A DNA stretch of 56,003 bases from Thermoplasmatota archaeon (lineage in GTDB: Archaea > Thermoplasmatota > E2 > DHVEG-1). This document shows, piece after piece, positions 55,421 through 56,003 of this stretch. The DNA is taken from positions 1 through 56,003 of the forward strand of contig DATKKD010000047.1 of the NCBI GenBank assembly GCA_035543435.1. The letters run 5' to 3'. The number at the start of each line of letters is the position of its first letter. Position 1 is the first letter of the stretch. A program made the position numbers and the translations under genes. The notes beneath the pieces were generated by a model. That model saw only the letters and a list, made by a program, of their open reading frames with translations, had not been told where the DNA came from and searched no databases.

Positions 55421-55537
55421 TGCAGGGGAAGGGATTTGAACCCTCGGACTCCTGCGAGACAGGATGTCTCATCGAACCCTTTATTTTAAGATAAGATCTT
55501 AAGTCCTGCGCCGTTGGCCAGGCTTGGCTACCCCTGC
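55421..55537 (-). tRNA. tRNA-Leu(UAA) with a 32-nt intron at the canonical 37/38 position
   Basis: Hand fold of the reverse complement: GCAGGGG TA GCC AAGCCTGGCCAAC GGC G CAGGA CTTAAG[intron]A TCCTG TCTCGCAGGAGTCC GAGGG TTCAAAT CCCTT CCCCTGC A. This gives a long variable arm, an 85-nt mature length and no encoded CCA. Confidence 0.85.
55466..55497 (-). other. tRNA-Leu intron
   Basis: Intron ATCTTATCTTAAAATAAAGGGTTCGATGAGAC. Its ATCTTAA segment can pair with the anticodon-loop TTAAGAT, as expected for a bulge-helix-bulge substrate. The boundary is ambiguous by 1 nt. Confidence 0.7.
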
Positions 55538-55543
55538 AATAGG

Positions 55544-55615
55544 TGCGGATGCCGGGACTCGAACCCGGGCTGAAGGCTTGGAGGGCCCTAATCATAACCG
55601 CTAGATCACATCCGC
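55544..55615 (-). tRNA. tRNA-Gly(UCC)-like, with C at position 33
   Basis: Hand fold: GCGGATG TG ATCT AGCGGTTA TGAT T AGGGC CCTCCAA GCCTT CAGC CCGGG TTCGAGT CCCGG CATCCGC A. A GCG acceptor start with A73 fits Gly identity. The anticodon assignment depends on the loop register. Confidence 0.7.
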
Positions 55616-55690
55616 AGGCCACAGGAGAAATAACTTTTCCATTTTAGTAATTTGCCATATTAAAAAAAAGAGATATTAATTGTCCTGATA

Positions 55691-55837
55691 TCAGGCTATA
55701 CCTGGATCGTATTTGTCCTCTTCTTCAGGAGTATATCGTTGTTTTTGAGTAGCTTTGCAATTTTCGCAGATACCCTCTTCTTCCTCTTCAGGATCTAACT
55801 CTTCACCACAAATTTCACAATATGCTGTCATAGTCAT
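55691..55837 (-). CDS. 48-aa acidic zinc-ribbon mini-protein
   Basis: Not in the track. GGTGA is 6 nt upstream. My translation is MTMTAYCEICGEELDPEEEEEGICENCKATQKQRYTPEEEDKYDPGIA. Confidence 0.35.
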   Translation of the reverse strand: MTMTAYCEICGEELDPEEEEEGICENCKATQKQRYTPEEEDKYDPGIA

Positions 55838-56003
55838 CTCACCTAATATTTACAAAATCAGAAACGTTTTCAATATTTATAATTTTGGTTGATTTGGTCG
55901 TATAATTTATTATAAATATTTTTTTTAGAAAAATAAAAAGTTATAATTAATAATAGGAAAACGTATACAGGTTGTGTTTGGTCAACATGAAAAAAGTGAA
56001 AAA

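Noticed and set aside
55359-55622. 87-aa track ORF on the minus strand.
   Set aside because: It is made entirely of the tRNA-Leu and tRNA-Gly sequences and their spacer.
1-56003. Looked for CRISPR arrays, rRNA genes, IS elements with terminal inverted repeats, and in-frame TAG/TGA recoding (Pyl/Sec) in recognisable genes.
   Set aside because: I saw no regularly spaced short repeats, no rRNA-like sequence and no transposase body. Only a lone Zn-ribbon was found at 50038..50283. None of the confidently identified genes has an interrupted frame. The C_GCAxxG_C_C protein uses Cys, not Sec.

Overview
This window looks archaeal. Evidence: an intron-containing tRNA with a bulge-helix-bulge-compatible intron, a two-repeat tRNA-splicing endonuclease (EndA), split pyruvate carboxylase (pycA/pycB), A/T-rich TATA-like boxes just upstream of starts, and oligo-T tracts after genes. 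All calls come from motif reading only; no database search was run.

Roughly 0-39.7 kb is GC-rich, densely coded core genome. It carries a secreted papain-like peptidase, a kinase/HAD operon, a polar amino-acid ABC transporter, birA-pycA-pycB, a secreted Lon-S16-like peptidase, endA and two radical SAM enzymes. It also carries SurE, a Ca2+/H+ antiporter, a MacB-like ABC exporter, a bacterial-type uvrA-uvrC-uvrB operon and two VIT-family proteins.

39.7-44.7 kb holds two convergent giant surface proteins (PKD/FN3 and FG-GAP/PKD).

From about 46 kb to the tRNA-Leu/tRNA-Gly pair at 55.4-55.6 kb the sequence becomes clearly AT-rich and accessory. It contains:
- three paralogous ribbon-helix-helix mini-proteins
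- many zinc-ribbon mini-proteins
- a stand-alone RAM-domain protein
- a GT4 glycosyltransferase flanked by a 0.2-kb direct repeat
- small membrane proteins
- a PQQ-like beta-propeller/PKD protein

This island is punctuated by at least four same-orientation copies of the 3' end of the adjacent tRNA-Leu, and no integrase is visible. That att-like, cassette-like array is the most unusual structure I can support.

Other points worth a second look:
- a shared C-terminal tail on two secreted enzymes
- a ThiI-like protein with a degenerate PP-loop
- a tRNA-Gly with C33
- a kinase operon bracketed by paralogous mini-proteins

No CRISPR array or rRNA was seen.
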